From the NCBI RefSeq assembly GCF_900187275.1, contig NZ_LT906458.1:360001-392000 (forward strand): a stretch of 32,000 nt of DNA, read 5' to 3'. The notes under the pieces were generated by a model. It saw only the letters and a program-made list of their open reading frames with translations, searched no databases and was not told the origin of the DNA. Made by a program: the position numbers and the translations under genes. Origin of the DNA: Pasteurella multocida. GTDB taxonomy: Bacteria; Pseudomonadota; Gammaproteobacteria; Enterobacterales; Pasteurellaceae. Shown piece after piece: positions 1-10,415 of this stretch; position 1 is the first letter of the stretch, and every line of letters begins with the position of its first letter.

Positions 1-104
1 ATGTGGAACAGCTCGATCCAAAACCATTCTTGAATTTATTAAATAAAATCGGCTTACCAAACCGCATTAAAGATGAACATGGCGATCGTGAATTAGCCTT
101 TTAA
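1..104 (+). CDS. 3' end of an unidentified CDS entering from the left edge (partial)
   Basis: Codons read from nt 3 stay open to TAA at 102-104 (VEQLDPKPFLNLLNKIGLPNRIKDEHGDRELAF*). The other two + frames hit stops at 31-33 and 44-46. A hairpin plus T-run follows at 128-163. The fragment is too short to assign a family. Confidence 0.4.
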   Translation, partial: VEQLDPKPFLNLLNKIGLPNRIKDEHGDRELAF

Positions 105-127
105 TTCCTCGCGTCAGTAAACAGAGA

Positions 128-163
128 AAGCACGAACTGAGTAATCAGACGCGTGCTTTTTTG
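128..163 (+). terminator. Rho-independent terminator candidate for the upstream partial CDS
   Basis: Outer stem AGCACG (129-134)/CGTGCT (152-157) with inner stem CTGA/TCAG (137-140/145-148), followed by TTTTTT (157-162). Confidence 0.5.
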
Positions 164-210
164 TTTTCATAGAGAAAAGATAAACGGTGCTTTCTTTAAT
201 CAAATTGCCT

Positions 211-219
211 TGTTACAAT
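211..219 (+). promoter_or_regulatory. Candidate extended -10 promoter element (TGTTACAAT) for the 260..2687 gene pair
   Basis: TGn + TACAAT at 211-219, about 40 nt upstream of the start codon. The -35 is poor (TTTCTT). Confidence 0.3.
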
Positions 220-259
220 GAAAAAATCGTTTTGGTAAAAAAGCTTAGGAATCAAATTG

Positions 260-1174
260 ATGAAGAGATTATTGGATTGTACGGCGTCTGATTTTCAGCA
301 CATGAATGGACAGCAATTAAAGCAAGCGATTCGTGCGAGCGAAGGACGCGTGATTTTGTCTGAAAATATGGTGGCGGTACAACCGCTTTATCCTAATGTA
401 ACCAATTCAGAGTTAGCCGCTGCATTTGGTGCTGACCTTATTCTGCTGAATTTATTTGATGTTTTTTCACCAAAAATACAGGGATTGGAATCAGATCCTG
501 CACATACTGTTGTGCAATTAAAACGTTTAGTTGGGCGCCCAATTGGGATTAATTTAGAGCCAGTGGATGAGCATGCCGTGCAAATCGAAACCTTAGATAC
601 TCTCGCAAAAGGGCGTTTGGCGACGACAGAGGCATTACAGCAAGCGAAAAAATTAGGTTTTGATTTTGTTTGTTTAACCGGTAACCCTAAAACCGGTGTA
701 ACCAATACGGAAATCGTGCAAGCAATAAAACGAGCAAGAGCGGTATTGGGTGAGGACGGATTAATTATTGCAGGTAAAATGCATGGTGCGGGTGTGGCAA
801 ACGAAACGGGAAGTGGTTTGATTTCCGAACAGGATTTAGTCAGCTTTATTGAGGCGGGCGCGGATATTATCTTATTAGCCGCACCGGGTACGATTCCAGG
901 TATGACCGTCGAAAGAGTGGAAAAGTATGTCCAGTTGATCCACGCGAAAGGGGCATTAGCGTTACTCGCTATTGGTACGAGCCAAGAAGGGGCAGATGAG
1001 GCAACGATCCGACAAATTGCACTCAACAGCAAAATGGCAGGTGCCGATTTGTATCATATTGGTGATGCCGGATTTTACGGCATTGCAGTGCCTGAAAACA
1101 TTATGACGTATTCTATCGCCATTCGAGGGCGACGCCATACTTATGTGAGAATGGCATTATCCACCCATCGCTAA
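260..1174 (+). CDS. Uncharacterised protein with a (beta/alpha)-barrel-like alternating pattern; function unknown
   Basis: 305-aa ORF (TTG 257 or ATG 260; AGGA at 247-250). Short hydrophobic strands recur, followed by Gly/Asp and helices (ADLILLNLFD, FDFVCLTGNP, GLIIAGKMHGAG, ADIILLAAPG, ALALLAIGTSQEG, ADLYHIGDAG), as in phosphate-binding TIM barrels. I do not recognise a named family. Confidence 0.75.
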   Translation: MKRLLDCTASDFQHMNGQQLKQAIRASEGRVILSENMVAVQPLYPNVTNSELAAAFGADLILLNLFDVFSPKIQGLESDPAHTVVQLKRLVGRPIGINLEPVDEHAVQIETLDTLAKGRLATTEALQQAKKLGFDFVCLTGNPKTGVTNTEIVQAIKRARAVLGEDGLIIAGKMHGAGVANETGSGLISEQDLVSFIEAGADIILLAAPGTIPGMTVERVEKYVQLIHAKGALALLAIGTSQEGADEATIRQIALNSKMAGADLYHIGDAGFYGIAVPENIMTYSIAIRGRRHTYVRMALSTHR

Positions 1175-1205
1175 CTTTTTTTAACTTTTAAAATGTGTAA
1201 TAAAA

Positions 1206-2687
1206 ATGGAAAAACTCGATTTACTTAAACAAAGCTATAATGAATTGCCCTACGTTTCAAAAGGCTTTTCACATACCTTACCAGAAAGACAACGTGCGGT
1301 GTTGTCTTTGCTAGGTTTTCATACGCCTCATATTGAACACGCCAAGGTGCTGGAAATCGGTTGTGGTTTTGGTGGGAACATTATTTCCAGTGCGTTAATT
1401 CATCCGAACGCGCATTTTGTTGGTGTGGATTTATCGGAAACACAAATCGAGGGAGGCAAAGCAATCGTTAATCAGCTTGGTTTAAAAAATGTGGAGTTAC
1501 TTTGCCAAGATATTTCATTTTTCGAAAATTCCAGCATCAAGTTCGATTATATTGTGTGTCACGGTGTATTTAGTTGGGTACCTGAATCCGTTCGTCGCAA
1601 AATTCTAACGGTGATCAAATCCCATTTAAGTGAAAACGGGGCAGCAACGATTTCGTATAATACTTATCCCGGTTGGAAGTCTTTAGAAGCGCTAAAAGAT
1701 ATGATGACATTCCGTGTGGATTTGTTAGCTAAACAAAATATTCATTTATCGATGCGAGAAAAAGTGGCGTATGGTAAGGGAACGGCGGATTTTTTAAGTC
1801 AGTTTGCCTTAGGCGATAAGCGGATGAAAGACGTGGCTGATGGGATTAAAGATAAAGATGAACATTATATTTATCATGAATATTTTGAAGAATATAATCA
1901 GCCACTTTATTTATATGAATTCAATGAATTACTAGAAGAATATGGACTCGCACATATTTGTGATTCTAGCGTGAGTGCGACTTTCCCGATTTTTAAAGAT
2001 GATCGTATTGAAACGTTATTAGATAACGAATGTGGTGATAATCATCTGCTGAAAGAACAATACTATGATTACATTCTGAATCGTCAATTTAGAACCAGTA
2101 TTGTGACGCATCTTGAAAATCGTGAGAAATGCAATATTTCGCGTCATATTCAAATTAATGATTTAAAGAACATCTATATTCGCACCAATCTTAATGCGGA
2201 ATCCTCTTCTAAAGTTGTCCAATCGTTGAAAGCGCATTATCCAAATGCCATGAAAGTCTCGGATTTTGTTGAGCGTTATTTTACGGATAATCGAAATGAC
2301 GGTTATACCTCGGTCTTGCTGGAAATTTATAATGAGAATATTGATTTTTACGCAAGAAACATTGCCGTCACTAAACAAGATAAAATTAAGTTAAAAACCG
2401 TGTACCGTAAGTATTTAGACTATTATTTAAATACGGAAAAACCCGTGATCAGTTTGTCTAACTTCGTGGGGAATACGCTTGTTCTCAATTCTGGGGACAT
2501 CCATGCTATTTTATCCTTTGATGGTCAACATTCTGATGAAGAATTAGCGGATTTACTGTTTGAAAAAGTTCAATCCGGTATTTTAAGAATGAATCATGCC
2601 CACACCGAGCAAGAGCAAAAAGCAACCTTACTCGCTTTTATTAAAGATACACGTGCCTTTGTTGAAGCAAATTTAATGAATGAATAG
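1206..2687 (+). CDS. Class I SAM-dependent methyltransferase with a long C-terminal 'methyltransferase regulatory domain'-type extension (PKMT-like architecture)
   Basis: 493-aa ORF. N-terminal YNELPYVSKGFSHTLPER, then SAM motif I VLEIGCGFGGN, post-I VGVDLS, and FDYIVCHGVFSWVP...ISYNTYPGW. A C-terminal region of about 300 aa carries no catalytic motifs. Confidence 0.85.
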   Translation: MEKLDLLKQSYNELPYVSKGFSHTLPERQRAVLSLLGFHTPHIEHAKVLEIGCGFGGNIISSALIHPNAHFVGVDLSETQIEGGKAIVNQLGLKNVELLCQDISFFENSSIKFDYIVCHGVFSWVPESVRRKILTVIKSHLSENGAATISYNTYPGWKSLEALKDMMTFRVDLLAKQNIHLSMREKVAYGKGTADFLSQFALGDKRMKDVADGIKDKDEHYIYHEYFEEYNQPLYLYEFNELLEEYGLAHICDSSVSATFPIFKDDRIETLLDNECGDNHLLKEQYYDYILNRQFRTSIVTHLENREKCNISRHIQINDLKNIYIRTNLNAESSSKVVQSLKAHYPNAMKVSDFVERYFTDNRNDGYTSVLLEIYNENIDFYARNIAVTKQDKIKLKTVYRKYLDYYLNTEKPVISLSNFVGNTLVLNSGDIHAILSFDGQHSDEELADLLFEKVQSGILRMNHAHTEQEQKATLLAFIKDTRAFVEANLMNE

Positions 2688-2721
2688 GGCGTTGTTATCT
2701 ACGTGATTATATAATTTTAAC

Positions 2722-2749
2722 AGAGAGCAATATTTGCTCTCTTTTTTTA
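2722..2749. terminator. Bidirectional hairpin terminator between the convergent methyltransferase gene and glnE
   Basis: AGAGAGCAA (2722-2730) / TTGCTCTCT (2734-2742), followed by a T-run that overlaps the glnE stop codon (2747-2749). Confidence 0.7.
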
Positions 2750-5707
2750 TTCTTCGTATTTATCGTTGTGCTCAAAAAGCCTGTGCCAAATAGTTTGAAT
2801 GAATTGCCGTTCTGTCTGAAATTCCGTTTGTGGAACAATAGACGGTTCACCTAATAAATTCAAATGATGAATACGATTGCGCAAATCAACATAACATTGT
2901 TTCAACTGGTCACAAATTTCTTGTGAAATGACCGCACTTTCTGCCATGATCTCAAAAATACGCACGTTATCCGACCATCTTGTTAACGCAGGGTTTTGAG
3001 GGGCATGGGCTAAGACTAAATATTGTGCAATAAATTCAATATCGGTAATACCGCCACGATCCGTTTTAATATTAAAGGTATCGTTATAGGGATGGGCTAA
3101 ATGGGCATACATTTTTTGTCGCATGGCGACAACATCTTGTTGTAACGTCGCTAGATCGCGTGGCGCTGAAAGCACTTCGGCACGGATCGCATTAAATTCC
3201 GTTTGTAATCTTGCTTCTCCATAAATAGCACGGCTGCGCACTAAGGCTTGTTTTTCCCAAGTCCAAGCGTCATGAAGTTGATACGCTTTAAATGCAGAAA
3301 TAGAACTACAAAGAAGCCCGGATTCACCAGAAGGGCGTAACCGCATATCAACTTCATATAACACGCCTGCAAAAGTATTGATGCTGAAAATGCTGATAAT
3401 TTTTTGTGCGAGGCGAAGATAAAACTGGTTACTCTCAATACTGCGTTTTCCCCCACAGGTTTGACTTTGTTCATTTGATTGATATAAGAAAACCAAATCT
3501 AAATCCGATTTATAACCTAATTCAATTCCCCCTAATTTTCCATAACCGATCACGAGAAATCCTTTTTCTCCTTCGGCTAAGTGAGTCGGTGTACCAAATC
3601 GAGTTGTGACTTGTTGCCAAGCAAGCTCCACAACCACATGGATAATAGCTTCAGCTAAGAAGGTGAGGTGATCACTGACTTTCATCACAGGGAGCGCACC
3701 TAAAATATCAGCGGCAGCAATACGTAATAGGGTTGCTTGTTTGAATTGACGTAATCCATCAATCATCTGTTCTTCATCATCGGGTGTTAAGCGTAACAAA
3801 TATTGGTGTAATTCACTGGCATAGTGATCATAAGGGGGAGGATTTAATAAGGCATTACGATCTAATAATTCATCTAATAAAATCGGGTGTCTGGCGACTT
3901 GTTCGGCAATCATTTTCGATTGGGCACAGAGTTCAATTAATTGCGTTAACGCTTGTGGATTTTCGACTAACAATTCCAGATAGGTCGTACGGGTGAGAAT
4001 TTTATCCACGATATTGAGCATACGTGGTAATAAATGGAGATAAGCCGTATGCGCAAAAATCTGCGGTAATAAGGTTGGCATCACTTGCGTGAGAGCGATA
4101 CGACCACGTGTACCAATCGGGCGACGAGTGACTTCGTTGCGAAATTGCATTAACTTTTCGATGATCTCATGAAAATCACGCTCTTCAATATGATGTTCGA
4201 TTAGCATTTGTTCAATTTCACTTTCCTCAATTTCGTTTTCAAGGAAATCATGCCACAGCGTTTCGGTTTCACTCAGTTCTTCTTTTTCTTCGCCAATTAA
4301 ATGATCAAACACTGTCCGCACGTTTTGTTGATGTTGCTGTAAGACCTCACAAAAGCTCGCCCAATCATGAATTGGATAAGTGACGGTTTCCAACTTATTT
4401 TGTGTGTCCCATTGAGTAAAACGTTGCGTTGCGAGAACCAAGCGCTGCTGGTCTAATGTATTTTCGGGTAATTGTTGCGTTTGTTGATCATGTATGGCTT
4501 GTAAGATATTTTCAGTACGGCGTAAAAATAAATACGCTTGGCGCAAGTCTTCTTGTTGTTGTGCAGAAATCAGTTCAAGGGCACTAATTTCTGGTAGAAC
4601 TTTTAATAAGGCAGGTTGTTGCAGAGTACTTTCTCGTCCGCCCCGAATCAGTTGGAAAACCTGTACAATAAATTCAATCTCACGGATACCACCCGCGCCA
4701 AGTTTAATGTTATCCACTAACCCTCTACGACGGACTTCTCGTTCAATTTTGTGCTTCATGTCACGTAAGGCTTGAATCACACTGAAATCAATATAGCGCC
4801 GATAAACAAACGGGCGCAAGAGTTGCTGTAAGGTGTTGACATGAGGATCTTGGGCATTGGCACCTAAAATCCGACCTTTGATCATCGCATAGCGTTCCCA
4901 ATCACGTCCTTGCTCTTGATAATATAATTCCATGGCAGCAAAGCTTAAGGCAAGCGCGCCGTTCTCGCCAAAAGGACGTAAGCGCATGTCGGTACGATAG
5001 ACAAATCCATCGCCCGTATATTGATCCAGCGCGTTGATCAAACGTTGTCCTAGGCGAGTAAAGAATTTTGCATTATCAATACTGCGACGTGCACCTACAG
5101 TTTCGCCGTTGCTTGCATAAGTAAAAATTAAATCAATATCTGAGGAAAAATTGAGCTCAAAACCGCCCAATTTCCCCATGCCTAAAATATAAAGTTGTAG
5201 TGGTGTGCCTTGTTCATCTACAGGCGTCCCCATTTCTGCACAGGCGCGCTGATAAAGCCAATCTCTTGCACCAATGATCACACTTTCGGCTAATTGTGAT
5301 AAGCGAATAAAAATGTCTTCTACACTGCCTAAATTTAAACTTTGGCAGAAACTCAGTTTTGCCATTTCGCGATGACGGAATTGTCTTAACACTTTATACA
5401 GTTGTTCTTCGTTTTCTACTTGCGCTAATAGTGGGGTTAAGCGTTCTGCATACTGCTCACAATCTTGCAAGTGAGGACATTGTTGCCAACATTGGTGTAA
5501 AAAGTGCGGTTGTTTTTGCAATGTTTCTGCAAAAAAGTCGGACATGGCAATGGCATAGCGGAGTTGCCCAATGTTACTCGTTGGCTTTTCTTTATCCGTT
5601 GCAATGTGCTGAAAAATTTGATCTTGATATTGTTCAGGAAAGTGTGCAATCAATTGTTTTGCCAGTTGATTGAGAGTGACATCAACGTGCGCTAAAGGGA
5701 AAGACAT
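2747..5707 (-). CDS. glnE: Bifunctional glutamine synthetase adenylyltransferase / adenylyl-removing enzyme
   Basis: 986-aa ORF with two nucleotidyltransferase repeats ([20 protein letters not shown] and [20 protein letters not shown]). Size and layout are typical of GlnE. Confidence 0.95.
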   Translation of the reverse strand: MSFPLAHVDVTLNQLAKQLIAHFPEQYQDQIFQHIATDKEKPTSNIGQLRYAIAMSDFFAETLQKQPHFLHQCWQQCPHLQDCEQYAERLTPLLAQVENEEQLYKVLRQFRHREMAKLSFCQSLNLGSVEDIFIRLSQLAESVIIGARDWLYQRACAEMGTPVDEQGTPLQLYILGMGKLGGFELNFSSDIDLIFTYASNGETVGARRSIDNAKFFTRLGQRLINALDQYTGDGFVYRTDMRLRPFGENGALALSFAAMELYYQEQGRDWERYAMIKGRILGANAQDPHVNTLQQLLRPFVYRRYIDFSVIQALRDMKHKIEREVRRRGLVDNIKLGAGGIREIEFIVQVFQLIRGGRESTLQQPALLKVLPEISALELISAQQQEDLRQAYLFLRRTENILQAIHDQQTQQLPENTLDQQRLVLATQRFTQWDTQNKLETVTYPIHDWASFCEVLQQHQQNVRTVFDHLIGEEKEELSETETLWHDFLENEIEESEIEQMLIEHHIEERDFHEIIEKLMQFRNEVTRRPIGTRGRIALTQVMPTLLPQIFAHTAYLHLLPRMLNIVDKILTRTTYLELLVENPQALTQLIELCAQSKMIAEQVARHPILLDELLDRNALLNPPPYDHYASELHQYLLRLTPDDEEQMIDGLRQFKQATLLRIAAADILGALPVMKVSDHLTFLAEAIIHVVVELAWQQVTTRFGTPTHLAEGEKGFLVIGYGKLGGIELGYKSDLDLVFLYQSNEQSQTCGGKRSIESNQFYLRLAQKIISIFSINTFAGVLYEVDMRLRPSGESGLLCSSISAFKAYQLHDAWTWEKQALVRSRAIYGEARLQTEFNAIRAEVLSAPRDLATLQQDVVAMRQKMYAHLAHPYNDTFNIKTDRGGITDIEFIAQYLVLAHAPQNPALTRWSDNVRIFEIMAESAVISQEICDQLKQCYVDLRNRIHHLNLLGEPSIVPQTEFQTERQFIQTIWHRLFEHNDKYEE

Positions 5708-5877
5708 AAGAGATCCTTATAACAAATCGAAACTGAACAAACTTTAGCATAAAACCTGTTTTTTCGGTGTAGGATTTTTAGTGTTTGTTATCCGTTTTGT
5801 GCTTTTATTTTGGAAATTCGAGCTTGCACAGAAATAAGATTGTGCTTTTTTTACAAAATATTATAGACTTAGGACTC

Positions 5878-5953
5878 TTAGTCGGGGTGCTATTGCGTTA
5901 GCTGAGATGATACCCGTGAACCTGATGCAGTTAATACTGACGTAGGAAACTAG
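5878..5953 (+). promoter_or_regulatory. TPP (THI-box) riboswitch aptamer in the thiB leader
   Basis: Conserved THI-element blocks are present: GGGGTGC...GCTGAGA..TACCC..GAACCTGAT...TAATAC..CGTAGGAA. P1 pairs TTAGT (5878-82) with ACTAG (5949-53). It lies 50 nt upstream of the thiB ATG. A short hairpin and T-run (5954-5979) and SD AGAGAGGA follow. Confidence 0.9.
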
Positions 5954-6002
5954 CAGTCAATATTGCTGTGTACTTTTTTGCGTAATTACAAGAGAGGACA
6001 CA

Positions 6003-7007
6003 ATGTCTAGATTAAAAACTTCCTTTTTTTTCACCGCACTTTCCACACTGTCATTATCCGTCTTTGCTCAAACGCAAGCGGTCAATGTGTATACTTATGA
6101 TTCCTTCACTTCTGAATGGGGGGCAGGTCCGAAAGTAAAAAAAGCATTTGAAACCCACTTCCCACAATGCCAAGTGAATTTTACTGCGTTTGGTGATTCT
6201 GGCACCATGTTTAATCGCTTACGTTTAGAAGGGAAAAAAACAAAAGCGGATGTGGTTGTAGGGTTAGATAACTACAACCTTGAGGAGGCAGAAAAAAGCG
6301 GCTTATTTGTTCAACATAAAGTCGATTTAACACCGCTGTCACTACCGGTTGAGTGGAAAAATCACACTTTTTTACCTTATGATTTTGGGCAGTTTGCCTT
6401 TATTTATGACAAAACCAAAGTGCAACAGCCACCAAAAAGCTTAAAAGAATTGGTAGAACGTGATGATTTAAAAGTCATTTATCAAGATCCACGTACCAGC
6501 AGTGTAGGACGTGGCTTACTCATTTGGATGAACCATGTTTATACCGAGAATGAAGTGGCACAAGCTTGGCAAAAATTAGCCAAACATACGGTGACTGTGG
6601 GGAAAGGTTGGTCTGATACTTATGGCGCGTTTTTGAAAGGCGAAGCCGATGTTGTCTTGAGCTATAACACCTCTCCGTTATATCACATGGTGTTTGAACA
6701 AAAAGATCAGTATCTCGCCACCGAATTCGAGGAAGGGGGCGTATTACAAATTGAAACGGCTGCACGTGTAGCACAACATGATAATGCCTGTGCGGATCAT
6801 TTCCTTGCCTTTTTACTTCATCCAGAAGCACAAGGGCATTTAGTCAAGAATAATGTGATGTTACCGGTGATTAATACCAATATTGAACCGCACTTTGATG
6901 CCCTTAGAGCCACCCAAATGAACACGAAAGTGCTCGATACCTCAAAAGTGAATGCCGAACAAGTCAAAAAATGGATTGCTGTTTGGCAAACGACCCTAAC
7001 CCAATAA
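6003..7007 (+). CDS. thiB: Thiamine/TPP ABC transporter periplasmic binding protein
   Basis: 334-aa ORF with a signal peptide (LSTLSLSVFAQ) and a periplasmic-binding-protein fold resembling TbpA/ThiB. It is preceded by the TPP riboswitch and followed by thiP and thiQ. Confidence 0.9.
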   Translation: MSRLKTSFFFTALSTLSLSVFAQTQAVNVYTYDSFTSEWGAGPKVKKAFETHFPQCQVNFTAFGDSGTMFNRLRLEGKKTKADVVVGLDNYNLEEAEKSGLFVQHKVDLTPLSLPVEWKNHTFLPYDFGQFAFIYDKTKVQQPPKSLKELVERDDLKVIYQDPRTSSVGRGLLIWMNHVYTENEVAQAWQKLAKHTVTVGKGWSDTYGAFLKGEADVVLSYNTSPLYHMVFEQKDQYLATEFEEGGVLQIETAARVAQHDNACADHFLAFLLHPEAQGHLVKNNVMLPVINTNIEPHFDALRATQMNTKVLDTSKVNAEQVKKWIAVWQTTLTQ

Positions 7008-7019
7008 TTGTTTGTCTTG

Positions 7020-8630
7020 ATGTTTAAGCGATTTCGTGCATTCACATACCGTCCCGCCAGTTATCTTGGCGGGATGTTGGTGATTGTTTTTCTGAGCGCT
7101 TTTTATGCGTTCGCCTTAGGGGCGGTTTTTTCGCTCCCTTTTGCGCGCAGTTGGACAGCGTTGTTGAGTGATCAGTATTTACAACACGTGATCATCTTTA
7201 GCTTTTGGCAAGCCTTTCTGTCGGCGGTACTTGCGGTCCTCTTTGGTGGCATTGTAGCACGAGCCTTTTTTTATCAACCGTTTGTGGGCAAGAAACTGAT
7301 CCTCAAATTATTTTCACTGACTTTTGTGTTACCTGCCTTAGTGGCGATTTTTGGTTTATTAGGCGTGTATGGCGCTTCTGGCTGGTTAGCGATGTTAAGC
7401 CAGTTTTTCGCTTGGGATTGGACTCCTAATATTTACGGCTTAACAGGTATTTTACTGGCGCATCTTTTTTTTAATGTCCCATTAGCTTGTCGCCTGTTTT
7501 TACAAGGTTTGCAAGCAATTCCGGTGCAACAACGTCAGCTCGCGGCACAACTCAATTTACGTGGTTGGCATTTTATACGTCTGATTGAGTGGCCCTATTT
7601 ACGCCAGCAATTGTTACCTGCATTTACTTTGATTTTCATGCTGTGTTTTACCAGTTTTGCGATTGTGCTCACTTTAGGTGGCGGACCGAAATATACCACG
7701 TTGGAAGTGGCTATCTATCAAGCGATTTTATTTGAGTTTGATGTACCGAAAGCCGGCTTATTTGCGTTATTACAATTTGTTTTTTGTTTTCTGTTATTCA
7801 CGCTGAGTAGCTTTTTTTCTCCAGCCCCCGCCACGACATTACACAGTCAACCTACTTGGTTTGCGCCCCAATCGTATTGGGTTAAATTATGGCAACGTAT
7901 GATCATTGTGTGTGCGACAGTATTTATCTTATTACCGCTACTCAATACGCTAGTTTCTGCTTTGCTTTCGTCTCAGTTTTTTACCTTGTGGTTACAACCT
8001 CAATTATGGAAAGCATTAGGTTACTCGCTCACCATCGCCCCCACTTCTGCATTGCTCGCTTTAGTACTGTCTTTTGCCTTATTATTGCTTGCCAGAGAAT
8101 TACATTGGCGACATTATCGCAGCTTATCCCATGTGATTTTAAATATCGGTGCGACCATTTTAGCCATTCCAACGTTAGTGTTAGCTATTGGTTTATTCAT
8201 TTTATTACGTGAGATCGATTTTTCTCCATACCATCTTTTTGGGGTTGTGGTATGCTGTAACGCGTTAGCTGCTATGCCTTTTGTGTTGCGTATTTTGGCT
8301 TTACCGATGCATAACAATATGATTTATTATGAAAAATTATGCCAATCACTTAACCTGCGTGGTTGGCAACGTTTTCGATTGATTGAATGGCACAAGCTTC
8401 GTGCGCCAATGAAATACGCCTTTGCACTGGCTTGTGCGTTATCATTAGGCGATTTCACCGCAATCGCGTTATTTGGTCAGGCTGACTTCACATCGTTACC
8501 GCATTTGTTGTATCAACAATTGGGGCATTATCGTAGTCAGGAAGCGGCAGTAACAGCGTTTATTTTATTGGTTTTTTGTTTGAGTGTTTTTATGATTATT
8601 GAACGACATCAGGAACCGCGTGATGATTAA
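7020..8630 (+). CDS. thiP: Thiamine ABC transporter permease (duplicated MetI-like domains)
   Basis: Polytopic membrane ORF colinear with E. coli ThiP (WQAFLSA..., [37 protein letters not shown]). ATG at 7020 gives 536 aa. An alternative TTG at 7008 directly abuts the thiB stop. Confidence 0.9.
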
Positions 8631-9300
8631 TTTAAACGGTGTTCAGTTTTCCTATAATACCTTTACTTTTGAGCTGGATTTGCAGATTCCTGCTCAACAA
8701 AAAGTTGCTATTATTGGCGCCAGTGGCGCAGGGAAGAGTACCTTATTAAATTTGATTGCGGGTTTTGCATTGCCACAGCAAGGGGAAATTTGGTTGAATG
8801 GTGAAAATCATAGCCAAACTCAACCTTATGAACGTCCGGTATCTATTTTGTTTCAAGAAAACAACTTGTTTACGCATTTGACTGTGGCAGAGAATATGGC
8901 ATTAGGGCTGAAACCAAGCCTAAAACTGACCGCACTTGAACAACAACGCGTACAACAAGTGGCAAGTGCAGTGGGTTTGCAGGGTTTTCTTAATCAATTA
9001 CCCACCCAGTTATCGGGTGGGCAAAAACAGCGTGTGGCGTTGGCGCGTTGTTTATTACGCGATAAGCCAATTTTGTTATTGGATGAACCTTTTTCTGCCT
9101 TAGATCCCGATTTACGGGCAGAAATGTTGCATTTATTGTTACAGTTGTGTGATGAAAAAAAATTAACACTCCTGATCGTGACACATCAAGTGAACGAATT
9201 ACAGCAGAAAATGGATCGTATGATTCGTTTTGAACATGGTAGGATGAGTGAGTCCACCATTTTGAAGGATAATTTTAACGAAAAACAGACCGCACTTTAG
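8623..9300 (+). CDS. thiQ: Thiamine ABC transporter ATP-binding protein
   Basis: Walker [10 protein letters not shown], signature [13 protein letters not shown], Walker [12 protein letters not shown]. The ATG at 8623 overlaps the thiP stop (GTGATGATTAA). The 8599 start on the ORF track is an upstream extension. Confidence 0.9.
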
Positions 9301-9334
9301 GCGGCTTATTAATTAGATAAGGAAAGAGAAAAAT

Positions 9335-10345
9335 ATGACAACGGCAACGGCATTTGAGATTCGTACACTTACTCCTCACCCGACCTTAGAATATTGGTCT
9401 GTGTGTAAAATTGAAGCCCTGTTTGAGACCCCTTTTTTAGATTTGGTTTATCGGGCTGCGCAAGTGCACCGAGAAAACTTTAATCCTAAAGCCATTCAAT
9501 TATCCACTTTAATGTCGATTAAAACGGGGGGATGTCCAGAGGATTGTGGCTACTGTCCGCAGTCAGCACGTTATCATACTGGAGTAGAAAAGCAGCAATT
9601 ACTCGATGTGGAAGAAATTGTTGAAAAAGCCAAAATTGCCAAAGCACGTGGTGCAGGGCGCTTTTGTATGGGGGCTGCATGGCGTGGACCGAAACCGAAA
9701 GACATTGAAAAAGTTACCGCAATCATTAAAGCGGTGAAAGAACTGGGCTTAGAAACCTGTGGTACCTTTGGTTTATTGCAAGATGGGATGGCAGAAGATT
9801 TAAAAGAAGCGGGTTTGGATTATTATAACCATAATCTCGATACAGCCCCAGAACACTACGGTAATGTGATTGGTACCCGTCAATTTGATGATCGTATTAA
9901 TACGTTAGGTAAAGTGCGTAAAGCTGGCTTAAAAGTGTGCTGTGGCGGGATTATTGGCATGAATGAAACCCGTAAAGAAAGAGCAGGATTAATTGCTAGC
10001 TTAGCTAATTTAGACCCGCAACCCGAATCGGTGCCGATTAATCAATTAGTGAAAGTGGAAGGTACCCCTTTAGCCGATGCGGCAGAATTAGACTGGACAG
10101 AATTTGTGCGCACTATTGCGGTGGCGCGTATTACCATGCCGAAAAGCTATGTACGTTTATCAGCAGGGCGTCAAGGCATGTCGGAAGAAATGCAAGCCAT
10201 GTGCTTTATGGCTGGCGCGAATTCAATCTTCTATGGTGATAAATTACTCGTGACTGGTAACCCAGAAGAAGACGGCGATCAGCTCTTAATGGCGAAATTA
10301 GATTTAGAACCAGAAACAGAAGAGAATCGTTACCGTGCGGAATAA
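9335..10345 (+). CDS. bioB: Biotin synthase (radical SAM)
   Basis: 336 aa. Contains [11 protein letters not shown] (CxxxCxxC), YNHNLDT and SAGRQ. Colinear with E. coli BioB. Confidence 0.97.
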   Translation: MTTATAFEIRTLTPHPTLEYWSVCKIEALFETPFLDLVYRAAQVHRENFNPKAIQLSTLMSIKTGGCPEDCGYCPQSARYHTGVEKQQLLDVEEIVEKAKIAKARGAGRFCMGAAWRGPKPKDIEKVTAIIKAVKELGLETCGTFGLLQDGMAEDLKEAGLDYYNHNLDTAPEHYGNVIGTRQFDDRINTLGKVRKAGLKVCCGGIIGMNETRKERAGLIASLANLDPQPESVPINQLVKVEGTPLADAAELDWTEFVRTIAVARITMPKSYVRLSAGRQGMSEEMQAMCFMAGANSIFYGDKLLVTGNPEEDGDQLLMAKLDLEPETEENRYRAE

Positions 10346-10387
10346 GTGCGGTAGCGCTTTTTGCTTTTTTTCGTGATGTAATAAAAA

Positions 10388-10413
10388 AGTCCACCTTGTT
10401 TGGTGGACTTTTT
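10388..10413. terminator. Bidirectional terminator between bioB and the convergent NSS transporter gene
   Basis: AGTCCACC (10388-95) / GGTGGACT (10402-09), 6-nt loop, with an A-run upstream and a T-run downstream. Confidence 0.75.
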
Positions 10414-10415
10414 GT

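Noticed and set aside
388-1032. 214-aa ORF antisense to the 260..1174 gene
   Set aside because: It lies entirely inside the longer sense ORF, which has better start context. Its product is featureless and low-complexity (Ser/Ala/Pro/Asn rich). It sits in the antisense frame that tends to stay open when the sense protein is poor in Tyr, His and Gln codons. I treat it as a shadow ORF.
3241-5695. Several 63-104-aa ORFs on both strands inside glnE (for example 4494..4775 and 5359..5673)
   Set aside because: All are nested in the 986-aa glnE ORF, whose product is recognisable along its full length. None has a plausible start context or a recognisable product.
5826-5852. GCACA/TGTGC hairpin followed by T7 just upstream of the thiB promoter/riboswitch, resembling a + strand terminator
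   Set aside because: The stem is only 5 bp with a 10-nt loop, and no + strand gene upstream needs termination (glnE is on the other strand). The T-run more likely belongs to the AT-rich promoter region. A possible -35 TTGTGC (5840-45) and -10 TATAGA (5862-67) overlap it.
6024-6031. T8 homopolymer inside the thiB signal-peptide coding region (also A8 at 9155-9162 in thiQ and A8 at 18909-18916), considered as phase-variation tracts
   Set aside because: Tracts of 8 nt are below the length usually associated with slipped-strand switching in Pasteurellaceae. The genes are intact housekeeping transporters, and such runs are expected in a roughly 40% GC genome.
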